Origin: Malacoraja senta
Taxonomy: Eukaryota
Assembly (NCBI GenBank): GCA_038087875.1
Contig: CM075990.1
Location: 3,660,001-3,724,000, forward strand
Reading direction: 5' to 3'
DNA: 64,000 bases
Shown piece after piece: positions 1-11,515 of the stretch. Made by a program: the position numbers and the translations under genes. The notes beneath the pieces were generated by a model. That model saw only the letters and a program-made list of their open reading frames with translations, did not search any database and was not told where the DNA came from. Position 1 is the first letter of the stretch; every line of letters begins with the position of its first letter.

Positions 1-377
1 CTGAAATAAAGAAAGCTTGTATTTTGCACGCTTGCACAGTGGTCAGGATCCGACCACTGTCTGATGTCCCACCCACTTTAATGGAATATACGACCACATC
101 AATAGTGGTTTCTTTTCCCTTGCTCCAGAGGGAACTGTTCCTCTCTGCTCCCTCTCAAATCGTGCCGCAAAATACTTTAGTGAGTTTAGAAGTGGTTTAA
201 AATACTCTACTGAAAATCTTTTGTGTCTGTCTTCAGTTTAAACCAGCATCTGTAATTCTTTCCCACAGACTTTCTGTGTGTTTCATCAGTTATGGAAGTC
301 TATGATGAAAAATGGGGTTGGGGGATGAACTGAAGTTCCACTTCCCACCGTTAACTGGGAATTAAACAAAAGGAAAC

Positions 378-1330
378 ACGTTCCCGATGTTGGGGGAGTC
401 CAGAACCAGGGGGTCACAGTTTAAGAATAAGGGGTAGGCCATTTAGGACTGAGATAAGGAAAAACGTTTTCACCCAGAGAGTTGTGAATCTGTGGAATTC
501 TCTGCCACAGAAGGCAGTGGAGGCCAGTTCACTGGGTGTTTTCAAGAGAGGGTTAGAGTTAGGGCTAACGGAATCAAGGGATATGGGGAGAAAGCAGGAA
601 CGGGGTACTGATTTTGGGATGATCAGCCATGATCATATTGAATGGCGGTGCTGACTCAAAGGGCCGAATTGCTTACTCCTGCCCCTATTTTCTATATTTC
701 TACAATGCAATCGATCATTAATCACACACAGCAGGGCTTTTAAAATATACAAAAAATGATCCAAGATAGAGTGGGTATGAGTAGGAAGGAACTGCAGATG
801 CTGGTTTAAACGGAAGATAGTCTCCAAAATGCTGGAGTAACTCAGCGGGACAGGCAGCATCTCTGGAGAGCAGGAATGGATGACATTCCGGGTCGAGATC
901 CTTCTTCAGATGACTGTTTGAAGGCACTGGGCCTGTACTCGTGAAGTTTAGAAGGATGACCTCATTGAAATTTACCAAACAGTGAAAGGCCTGGTTAGAG
1001 GTGGATGTGGAGAGAATGTGTCCACTAGTGGGAGAGTCTAGGACTAGAGGTCTTAGTCTCAGAATTAAAGAATGTTCCCTTTGGGGAGGAATTTCTTTAG
1101 TCAGAGGGTGGTGAATCTGTGGAATTCATGGCCACAGAAGGCTGTGGAGGCCATGTCCAATGGAATTTTTTAAGGCAGAGATTGACAGATTCTTGATTAA
1201 TACGGATGTCAGGGCTTATGGGGAGAAGGCAGGAGAATGGGATTGAGAGGGAAAGATGGAACAGCCATGATAATGGTGTAGACTTGATGGGCTGAATTAC
1301 CTAATTCTGCTGCTATCACTTATGAACTTA
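378..1330 (+). mobile_element. Two CR1 3'-end fragments separated by a Penelope terminal repeat
   Basis: GTGAATCTGTGGAATTC...GGGGAGAAGGCAGG...GGGCCGAATGGCCT-type CR1 tail, twice; 783-910 matches the Penelope terminus on the - strand. Confidence 0.8.
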
Positions 1331-2187
1331 TCTCCATCAGTTTGTTTCTGAGTTGGGACAAACCCATAACCTAATTTCCATGCTAATGTGCTACTAGAAT
1401 TGAACCCAGGCCTCTGGTGCTGTGGTGCAGCGGGTTGTAAGCTGCCCAAGCTAGATATGAGGTGCTGTTCCTCCAATTTGCATGTGGCCCCACTCTGACA
1501 GTGGAGGAGGCCCAGGACAGAATGAAAATCACAGCTGCAATCATGGTCTAAGGCACAAAGGTCGAAGGTAGCCGGGCGAGGAGAGGGACGACGGTTCAAT
1601 GGACGATCCGAACAGAGCGACGGCTGGAGGCCCTGCAGCAGCCTGGGGCTCGCCTTGATCGGGACCCGCTCCAGGAGACCCAGCGCACGGGCAGGACTGG
1701 ACTTTGGGAAATGGCCCCAAAACTTGCCGACTCTTGCACACGGTCTCAGTGGAATATTGTGTTGGGAGAAACTGCAGATGCTAGTTTACACTGAAAATAG
1801 CCACAATACGCTGGAGTAACTCTGCGGGAGTATCTCTGGAGAGAAGGAATAGGAAGTATCTCCGGAGAAAAGGAATAGGCGACATTTCGCGTCGAAACCC
1901 TTCTTCATATTGAGAGTCGGGGAGAGAGAAACAAGAGGTATGAAAAGGTACAAAGAACAGGTAGGCACAGTGGTGCAGTGGTGGAGTTGCTGCCTCACAG
2001 CGCCAGAGACCTGGGTTCGATCCTGACTACGGGTTCTGTCTGTACAGAATTTGCACGATCTCCCCAAGAGTGCGTGGGTTTGCAACGGGATCTTCGGTTT
2101 CCTCCCACACTCCAAAGACATACGTGTTTACAGGTTAATTGGCTTCAGTAAAATTGTAAATTGTCCCTAGTGTGTAGGTTAGTGTAA

Positions 2188-5100
2188 AGGGCCTGTCTCA
2201 CTTGGCCGTCATTTGCGCCTCATTTACGCATCATATGTAACATAGGTCGACGCGTTGTGATGCACGGGTAGCGTGTGGGTAGCGCGGGACGGGCGCATGG
2301 AGAGGCGTGGAGGAGTGTGAGTTTGCGCGCGGTATCGCGCGGCGCTCCAGGATTTCGTGCTGTACGAAATCCTCGCGCCACCTGCGTGACATATGCGTAC
2401 GCACGCTGATGCATGGGTACGCACGCTAACGCATTGGGTAGGCGTGTATCGCGTTATGTCACCGTGCATAACCATGCATCGCCGCTCGCCACAGAGTATA
2501 CTAAAACCTCAGGATCAAGTTAGGCTGAGGGCGAAATGGATAGGTCAAACATACCACTCTCATTTACTTCAAAATCTAGAGGCACGTCAATTATCATAAG
2601 AAAAGGTATACCATTTAAAGCAAAGAATATTATAACAGATATAGAAGGGAGATACCTAATAGTTAATGGAGAAATCCATGACACTCCACTTACTTTGGTA
2701 AATATATATGCCCCTAACTTTGATAACCCCCACTTTTTCATAAAATCTTCAATATAATTGCAGAGTCAAACTATCAAAATGTTATAATAGGCGGAGACTT
2801 TAACTGTGTTTTAGATCCGTACTTAGATAAATCAAGTCAAAAACAGAGAGGGAATATGAAATCGAAAACTGGGGAACTCCTCAATACCTATATAAATAAC
2901 ACTAATATAGCAGATGTTTGGAGAATTGTGAATCCAACTGGCAGGGAATATTCGTTTTACTCAATGGTACATAAGACATACTCACGTATAGACTACTTTC
3001 TGCTGGATACAAAATTAATCCCCCAAATATCTAATGCAATATATCATACAAATTCAATTTCAGACCATTCTCCACTAACTTTCTTTTTTAAAACTGGAAG
3101 GATTGTCTAAGAATAAATCATTCTGGAGATTTAACTCTCAAATTTAAAAGATCCACAAGCGAGTATATATTTAAAAGAACAAATGGAGGTCTTTTTTCAA
3201 ACAAATGATACTTCAGATATATCTCCTACTTTACTTTGGGAATCTTTTAAAGCATACATTAGGGGTATTATAATTTCATATCAAGCTTTTCAAAATAAAA
3301 AGAATAAGAATGAACAAAGACAGTTAGAAGAACTTTATTAGACAAATGGATATAGATAATGCTAAAGATCCATCAATAGATAAACATAATAAAATAATAA
3401 TTTTAAAATTTAAATTAAATAAATTATTATCTGCCAAACTTATAAGACTTTTTCAAATTACAAAACAAGAGCACTTTGAATTTGGGGATAAACCGCATAA
3501 ACTTTTGGCTCGCCAGCTAAAAAAACGAGAAAAGGAACATACTATACCAAAGATCAAATCAGATAAAGGGGAATTATTAACAACACCGAAGGATATTAAT
3601 AAAAGATTTGCGCAATTTTACGAGAATTTGTATACATCTAAAACGATAATTGATTCCAATAATATCACAAAGTTCTTGGATACCTGTAATCTTCCAAAGT
3701 TAGAGCTGAAGGAACAAGAGGAACTGGGTGCACAAATCTCAATTAAGGAATTAGAAGATACAATAAACTCATTAAAAAATGGAAAAACACCAGGCCCTGA
3801 TGGATTTACTAATGAATTTTATAAAAGCTTTTATGATAAAATAATACCAAGATTACAAAAAATGTACCAATACGCTTTAAAAAACGAATACTACCTGATA
3901 CATTAGCGGAATCAACGATTACATTAATACCTAAGAAAAATAAAGATTTAGAAGAACCTGGCTCATATAGAGCGATAGCATTGTTAAACACAGATCAAAA
4001 AATATTAGCGAAAACATTAGCTAGAAGATTAAGTAAATACATTAGTAAATTAATAAACCCAGATCAGACAGGGTTTATCCCTAAGAGATACTCTTCTAAT
4101 AATATGAGACGTCTACTCAACATAATGCACTCACACAAATCTGAAGATCAAGAATTATCAATTATTTCGCTGGATGCTGAAAAAGCATTTGATCAAGTAG
4201 AATGGAATTATATGGATAAAGTATTACAAAAATTTCAACTGGGAGAGAATTTTATTTTATGGATTAAGTTACTATATAACAAACCTACAGCTAGAATACT
4301 TACTAATAACATATTATCCTCGAAATTTCAACTATCAAGGGAAATAGACAAGGATGCTCATTATCACCACAGCTGTTTGCTCTCATTATTGAACCGCTAG
4401 CAGAAAAAATTAGAATACACCCTGATATTCATGGATATAATACTAAAGACTCATATAATAAAATATCTTTATACGCGGATGATATATTATTGTATATTAC
4501 AAAACCTCAAATCACTATACCAAATATATTAAATTTAATTGAAGACTTCGGATCTTTTTCTGGATATAGAATAAATTGGAATAAAAGTGAAATTATGTCA
4601 ATAAAACCGAAAGATTCAACACATCTTTTAAAATTCCCTTTTAAAATAGCTACAGAAAAATTTAAATAGAATCGAAATTACCAGAACATATCAAGGTATG
4701 TTCAGGGCAAATTTTGACCCCCTACTTAATAAACTGAATACATTAATTAAATTCTGGAAAACGCTCCCGATGTCTTTAATAGGCCGAATAAACGCAATAA
4801 AAATGATCTTTTTACCACAAATTTTATACCTATTTCAATCAATTCCTATATACTTACCTAAGAAGTTTTTTAAAAACTCGACTCAGATATCACTAATTTT
4901 ATATAGGACTATAAATCACATAGAATACAAAAAACCCATCTGAATAAACCTAAAGTATTGGGGGGTCTAGCACAACCTAATTTTATGTATTATTATTGGT
5001 CAGTAAATATTAAAAACATGATTCAACTGATGGATAACTCCGCCCAGCAAGTAGACTGGATTGTAATGGAGAAAGAGGATTGCTCCTCTAGAAACATTGG

Positions 5101-6819
5101 AGCGATCCTCCTCTCTCCAATGAAACTGAATAACATAAACTATAATAAGAACCCAATTATTCATAGTACAATTCGTATTTGGAAACAAATAAAACAAAAT
5201 TTAAAATTAAGAAACTTATCACTTTTATTACCTATAGTCAATAACCCTTCGTTTAGTCCTTCTATTATAGATAAAGCTTATACACAATGGGATAGACTAG
5301 GAATTAAAACGCTTGGTGACTTGTATGAAACTGGAAATTACTTTCATTTCAACAATTACAAATAAAATATAAACTCGGAAATAATCAATATTTTAAATAT
5401 TTTCAAATATGCGACTATTTGAAAAAATATACAAAAGATCATTATAATAATCCAGTAGATGTATTGGACGAGGCAATGCAGATAAAAGCGGAATCAGCAA
5501 ACTTAATATCATATTTGTATAATATTATTTTAAATGTACAAATACCACCTACGGAGGGTATCAGAAGAGACTGGGAACAAGAGTTAGCTATTAAAATTTC
5601 AAAGGAAAGTTGGAATGAATACTTATTAAACGTGCATAAATGCTCGATTAATGTAAGACACACTTTAATACAATTTAAAATTTTACATAGATTATATTAT
5701 TCGAAAACTAAAATTCATAAAATTTTCCCAAACGTATCATCTATTTGTGATAAATGTCAATCCCAAGAAGCAACTATAGCGCACTCATTTGTCTTCTGTA
5801 CAAAAATTCAAAAATTTTGGAATGAAATTTTTGAAATCTTTACAAAGTTATTTAAAACAAGACTGATACCCAAAGCAGAATGGATTATCTTCGGAATAAC
5901 GGAAGATGATCCAGAACTAAATGTGTTTCAAAAGAAATTAATGGACTATGGGTTAATAACTGGAAAAAAGCTAATTCTAAAATTTTGGAAGAAGGCTCCA
6001 ATACCAACTATAAATATGTGGATTTCAAATATGTTTGAAACATTACACCTAGAAGAGATAAGACTCCTCCTAGCAGGTAAACCAGATCACTTCCACCTGA
6101 CGTGGTCTGCATTTATAGAATTATTACAAACATAGGGTGCAAAAGTACTTTAAAAAAATAAAAAAATTGAGGTCAGGTAAGGGGGGATGATAGTTGAAGA
6201 GTTGGTATGTCCTATTTACGTGATGCTAAAAAAAAAACATTTGTTTCTCTTTTTTTCTCTTTCTCTTTTCTTTTCTTAGGGCCTATTTCTTAACTCTTTT
6301 TCTTTTTGTTTTTAATTTCGCTCTTATAGGGTCTTCGTCCTCTTTTGTTGTTACATTTTCTACACTTTTCTACACTTACACTTTTTCCTTCACTTTCTTC
6401 TTTCTTTCAATCTTTTCTTTTTCTAGTGTAAAAAAATAAATAAAGGGAGTACATTAATTGTAAGAAGATATAAATGACGAGTATTAATGTATGTGGTTGT
6501 AATGTAATGTACTTCTAATAAATAAAAATAAAAAATAAAAATAAAAAAAGAAATCCTCGCGCCACCTGCGTGACATATTGCGTACGCACGCTGATGCATT
6601 GGGTACGCACGCTAACGCATTGGGTAGGTGTGTATCGCGTTATGTCACCGTGCATAACCATGCGTCGCCGCTCGCCGCAGAGTATACTAATAACGTCACG
6701 CGCACCAGACGGCGTGATGACGCGTGATTTACGTGCGACATCGCGCGTAACGACGTGTCAACCTATTTTACATATGACGCGTAAATGAGGCGCAAATGAC
6801 GGCCAAGTGGGACAGGCCT
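2188..6819. mobile_element. PIF/Harbinger-like MITE (~450 bp without its L1 insert)
   Basis: ~75-80-bp TIRs AGGGCCTGTCTCACTTGGCCGTCATTTGCGCCTCATTTACGC... / ...GCGTAAATGAGGCGCAAATGACGGCCAAGTGGGACAGGCCT. TAA TSD at 2185-2187 and 6820-6822. Confidence 0.85.
2505..6549 (+). mobile_element. 5'-truncated L1-clade LINE: frameshifted ORF2 (APE endonuclease, RT, Cys-rich C-terminus), T-rich 3' UTR and A-rich tail
   Basis: Consecutive ORF pieces show LVNIYAPN, YSRIDYF, SDHSP, KTPGPDG, DQTGFI, SLDAEKAFDQV, YADD (~4471) and CDKC..HSFVFC, with stop at 6135. AATAAA and an (AAAAAT)n tail at 6518-6549. Confidence 0.93.
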
Positions 6820-8067
6820 TAAGTGTGCGATGATCGCTGGTCGGTGCGGACTCGTTGGGCCGAAGGGCCTATTTTGCGCTGTATCTCTAAACTAAACAAA
6901 TGAATGAAAGGTGTGAAAAGTACAAATCAAAGCCAGCAACGATGATCAAGGATGATCAAGCAACAATGTTGAGTGAACTATTTCTACGCGCTTTGTACTA
7001 ATTGGGGACTGTGCTTAGGTATGGCACTACTTTACTGAACTGCATTCAAGAAAAGAATTTCACTATACGTCTGTACATGTGACATTAAATAACTTTTGAC
7101 CATTGAAGTTAGTTTAGTTTAGAGATACAGCGCAGAAACCAGGCTCTTGGGCCCACCGAGTCTGCGCCGACCAGCGATCTCCATACACCACCACTATCCT
7201 ACACACACTAGGGACAATTTACAATTATACCAAGCCAATAGAATGGACATTGGATTCTGGAGGATCAGCACCTCATATTGAGCTTAGGTAGCTGACAACG
7301 CAACAGTATGAACATCCTAGAGGAACATTTAGAAGACATTTGAATGGGTCCATGTTTAGTTTAGTTTGGAGATACAATATGGAAACAGGCCCTACAGCCC
7401 ACCGAGTCAATGCCGACCAGTGATCACCCGTACACTAGTTCTATCCTACACCAAGGACCATTTACAATTACTGTATACCAAGCCAATTAACCTACAAATC
7501 TGTACGGCTTTGGAGTGTGGGAGGAAACCCGAGCTCCCGGAGAAAACCCACACAGGTCACGGGGAGAACGTACAAGTTTCGGTACGGACAGCACCCGTAG
7601 TGAGGATCGAACCCGGGTCTCTGGAGCTGTGAGGCAGCAGCTCTACCCGCTGCGCCACTAAACTATATATACCGCCCCATAGTCAAGTAAAAGAGATTTT
7701 CTTCCGGCATTCCCTGTTTTGGTTGCTTCTGCTATCGTGGCTTACTGGATAGCCACGTCACACACACACACACACACACACTTGGCAGCGGCTGTGGGAA
7801 GCTGCCTTCCTGCGCCTGTGCTCAGCAAGGAAATGATGACTCAGTGGAAGCATCTGGCAATCGACTGCAAGTAGCATCCACCGGCATTAAAGAGGGATGC
7901 TGCACCATAAACAGCAGCAGCTGCACTAATTCCCTCACGCAGGCTCCTTCTGAACTTGCCGCAAAGACCTAGGGTGAATGCGTGGGGGCCACACGGTGGC
8001 GCAGCGGTAGAGTTGCTGCCTTACAGCGCCAGAGACCCTGGTTCCATCCTGACCTCGGGTACTGTCA

Positions 8068-9865
8068 TAGACAATAGGTGCAGGAGTAGGCCATTCGGCC
8101 CTTCGAGCCAGCACCGTCATTCAATGTGATCATGGCTGATCACCCACAATCAGTACCCCGTTCCTGCCTTCTCCCCATATCCCCTGACTCCGTTATCTTT
8201 AAGAGCCCTATCTAGCTCTCTCTTGAAACTATCCAGAGAACCGGCCCCCACCACTAAGGCAGAGAATTCCACAGACTCACCACTCTCTGTGTGAAAAAGT
8301 GTTTCCTCGTCTCCGTTCTAAATGGCTTACTCCTTATTCTTAAACTGTGGCTTGACATAATGCTGGAGAAACTCAGCGGGTGAAGCAGCATCTATGGAGC
8401 GAAGGAAATAGGCTGCGTTTCGGGCTGAAACCCTTCTTCCGACTGATGAGAGGGTGGGGGGGAGGGAAGAAGAAAGGAAGAGGTGGAGCCAGAGATCTGA
8501 GGGAGAGTTGAGAAGGGGATGAGATAGTAAGAACTACCTGAAATTAGAGAAGTCAATGTTCATACCACTGGGGTGCAAACTGCCCAAGTGAAATATGAGG
8601 TGCTGTTCCTCCAAACTGTGGCCCCTGGTTCTGGACTCCCCCAACACCGGGAACATGCTTCCTGCCACTAGTGTGTCCAAACCCTTAATAATCTTATGTT
8701 TCAATAAGATCCTTCTAAACTCCAGAGTATACAAGCCCAGCCGCTCCATTCTCTCAGCATATGACAGTCCTGCCATCCCGGGAATTAACCTTGTAAACCT
8801 ACCTACGCTGCACTCCCTCAATAGCAAGAATGTCCTTCCTCAAATTAGGGGACCAAAACTGCACACGGTACTACAGGTGTGGTCTCACTAGGACCCTGTA
8901 CAACTGCAGAAGGACCTCTTTGCTTCTATACTCAACTCCTCTTGTTATGAGGCCAACATGCCATTCGCTTTCTTCACTGCCTGCTGTACCTGCATGCTTA
9001 CTTTCATTGACTGATGAACAAGGACCTCCAGATCCCGTTGTACTTCCCCCTTTTCCCAATTTAACACCATTTAGATAATAATCTGCCTTCCTGTTTTTTG
9101 CTACCAAAGTGGATAACCTCACATTTATCCACATTAAACTGCCTCTGCCATGCATCTGCCCACTCACCCAACCTGTCCAAGTCACCCTGCATTCTCATAG
9201 TATCCCCCTTACAGTTCACACTGCCACCCAGCTTTGTGTCATCTGCAAATTTGCTAATGTTACTTTGAATCCCTTCATCTAATTCATTGATATATATTGT
9301 AAATAGTTGCGGTCCCAGCACCGAGCCTTGCGGTACCCCACTAGTCACTGCCTACCATTCTGAAAGGGACCCGTTAATCCCTACTCTTTGTTTCCTGTCT
9401 GCCAACCAATTTTCTATCCATGTCAGCACTCTACCCCCAATAACATGTTAACTGGCTAACTGGTCTATAATTCCCTGTTTTCTCTCTCCCGCCTTTCTTA
9501 AGAAGTGGGATAACATTAGCTACCCTCCAATCCACAGGAACTGATCCTGAAACTACAGAACATTGGAAAATTATCACCAATGCGTACACAATTTCTAGAG
9601 CCACTTCATTAAGTACCCTGGGATGCAGACCATCAGGCCCAGGGGATTATCAGCCTTCAGTCCCATCAGTCTACCCAACACCATTTCCTGCCTGATGTGG
9701 ATTTCCTTCAGTTCCTCCGTATCCCAGATCCTCTGGCCACTAGTACATCGGGAAGATTGTTTGTGTCCTCCTTAGTGAAGACGGATCCAAAGTACCTGCT
9801 CAACTCATCTGCCATTTCCTTGTTCCCCATAATAAATTCACCTTTTTCAGTCTTCAAGGGTCTTA
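8068..9865 (-). mobile_element. CR1 (HER1-like) LINE fragment, degenerate RT and 3' end
   Basis: [21 protein letters not shown] and LVRPHL on the - strand. CR1 3' UTR with TCTATTG-type tail. Confidence 0.9.
8352..8612 (-). mobile_element. Penelope-like 3' fragment inserted into the CR1
   Basis: LEEQHLIFHLGSLHPSGMNIDF C-terminus plus terminal repeat. 10-bp TSD AAACTGTGGC at 8342-8351 and 8613-8622. Confidence 0.8.
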
Positions 9866-10743
9866 ACTATTTTTTTCCTCTTAGAGTCGTACAGCGTGGA
9901 AACAGGCCCCTCGGCCCAATTTGCCCAAACCGACCAACATGTCCCATCTTGTTTTCTCCAAGTGCTCTGGTTTTTCTCCCACACTCCAAAGACATGCAGA
10001 TTTTATGGTTTAATTGGCTTTGGTAAAATTGTAAATTGCTCCTAGGGTGTAGGATAAAACGTGTGTACGGGGTGATCATGGGTCAGTACGGAACCGGTGG
10101 GCAGAAGGGCCTGTTACCACATTGTATCTCTAATGTCTAAATTAAAGTCTAGTCTGAAGAAGGGTCTTTCTTTCTTTACCCTACAACAATCCGTCTGAAG
10201 AAGGGTCCCAACCTGAAATGTTACCTTTCCACTTTCTCCAGAGATGCTGCCTGACCTGATGAGTTACTCCAGAATTTGGTCCCCATCTTTGGTATAAACC
10301 CCATCTGCAGTTTCCTTTTCATTACATTGAAACTATAAGGGTTTAGTGGGGAAACATTTTTGGTAATGCACTGAGGAAAACTAGCCCAAGGGAACTCCGT
10401 GATGGATCAACGTTGTGCATCCCAACAAATGATGATCACCACCAAAACACAACTGGAAAGGTCGGATATAACATAGAAAGGTTCAGCACAGGAACTGGCC
10501 ATTCGGCCCAAATGTCTGTGCCGACCACAATACTAAAATAAACTAATCTCATCTGCCTGGTTTCCACACAGGCTCCTCAGTTGAGGCAGTTACTAAGATT
10601 AGGTTTAACTCTATGAGGATACCCAGGCTGTAGCCAAGCACTAGGTGTAGATGGATGTGGGCCAAACGGGGGCAGTGTAGATGAGGCATCATGGGCAAAT
10701 TGGGCCGAAGGGCCTGTTTCAGTGCTGCATGCCTCTATGACTA

Positions 10744-11515
10744 TGTAAATTGCTCGTTCTAAGCTTCCCCCCAGTCTAGTTTCAGTACAAACACTGAATC
10801 AAGTGCTTGAAATAACTAAATTATATTTTAACAAAAGTGTGTCACAGTTCTACTACTGTACCTATCCCACCGCAGGTTCGATCCTCGTATCTGCATGTTC
10901 AAGCCTTCTAGGCCTCGCTCAGACAGAGATACTCCAGAAGTTCACGCAGTCCCGAGTGCTCTCCCAGAAGATCGACGCTGGACTTCGTGGTAGCGGATTT
11001 TTATATGTCCTGGGACCTCGAGGGGCCGAACCACATGGGGGTGGTCTCTTAATAATCCAATTACAGATATCGATTAACCCCATACATAACAGACATTTCC
11101 CAAACCCAATAATACAGCAACTCAATACATTGTACTCAAACATGATTTCGCAACGAAGCCAACTTAGAAACATTTACCCTGATCTGCCAGAAACCCAGAC
11201 AAGGCTCAATACCTCATCCAATCAACACTCGGCAAAGTCAAACTCTGCAACATTATTTACACTTATTTACAAGGTGTATGTCTGGTTTGCAGCCATCCAA
11301 CCCATTCTATGCATTTTGCACCTAATTGACAGGGTATGCAGATGTTCTTAATCTTTTCTTGCAAATTGTATGTAGGCTCTAGACACACTGGCACCACTAT
11401 GCAGCTTGTCCCAGCTCTGCAGAGAGCAATTCCAAATTGACCAAATCTCCCAGCAGCCCTGAAGCTTTTACCCCATTTTGAAGTCCTAGCCTCTCCAATC
11501 TGGCCATGATTAACA
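10744..11515 (-). mobile_element. Solo LTR (772 bp)
   Basis: TG...CA ends (TGTAAAT/ATTAACA), 4-bp TSD ACTA at 10740-10743 and 11516-11519, TATAAAAA on the - strand near 11000. Its U5 end resembles that of the LTR at 45973-47074. Confidence 0.8.

Larger units (their letters stand above)
1963..6896 (+). mobile_element. HE1-like tRNA-derived SINE split by the MITE (1963-2187 and 6823-6896)
   Basis: A/B-box head (GGCACAGTGGTGCAGTGG...GGTTCGATCC), conserved core, and GGGCCGAAGGGCC...CTAAACTAAAC tail resuming after the TSD. Confidence 0.85.

Noticed and set aside
1963..2035. tRNA genes at SINE heads
   Set aside because: A/B boxes continue into the SINE core and tail; no complete cloverleaf was seen.
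10803..11351. 182-aa ORF
   Set aside because: Lies antisense within a solo LTR, has a non-ATG start and no motif.
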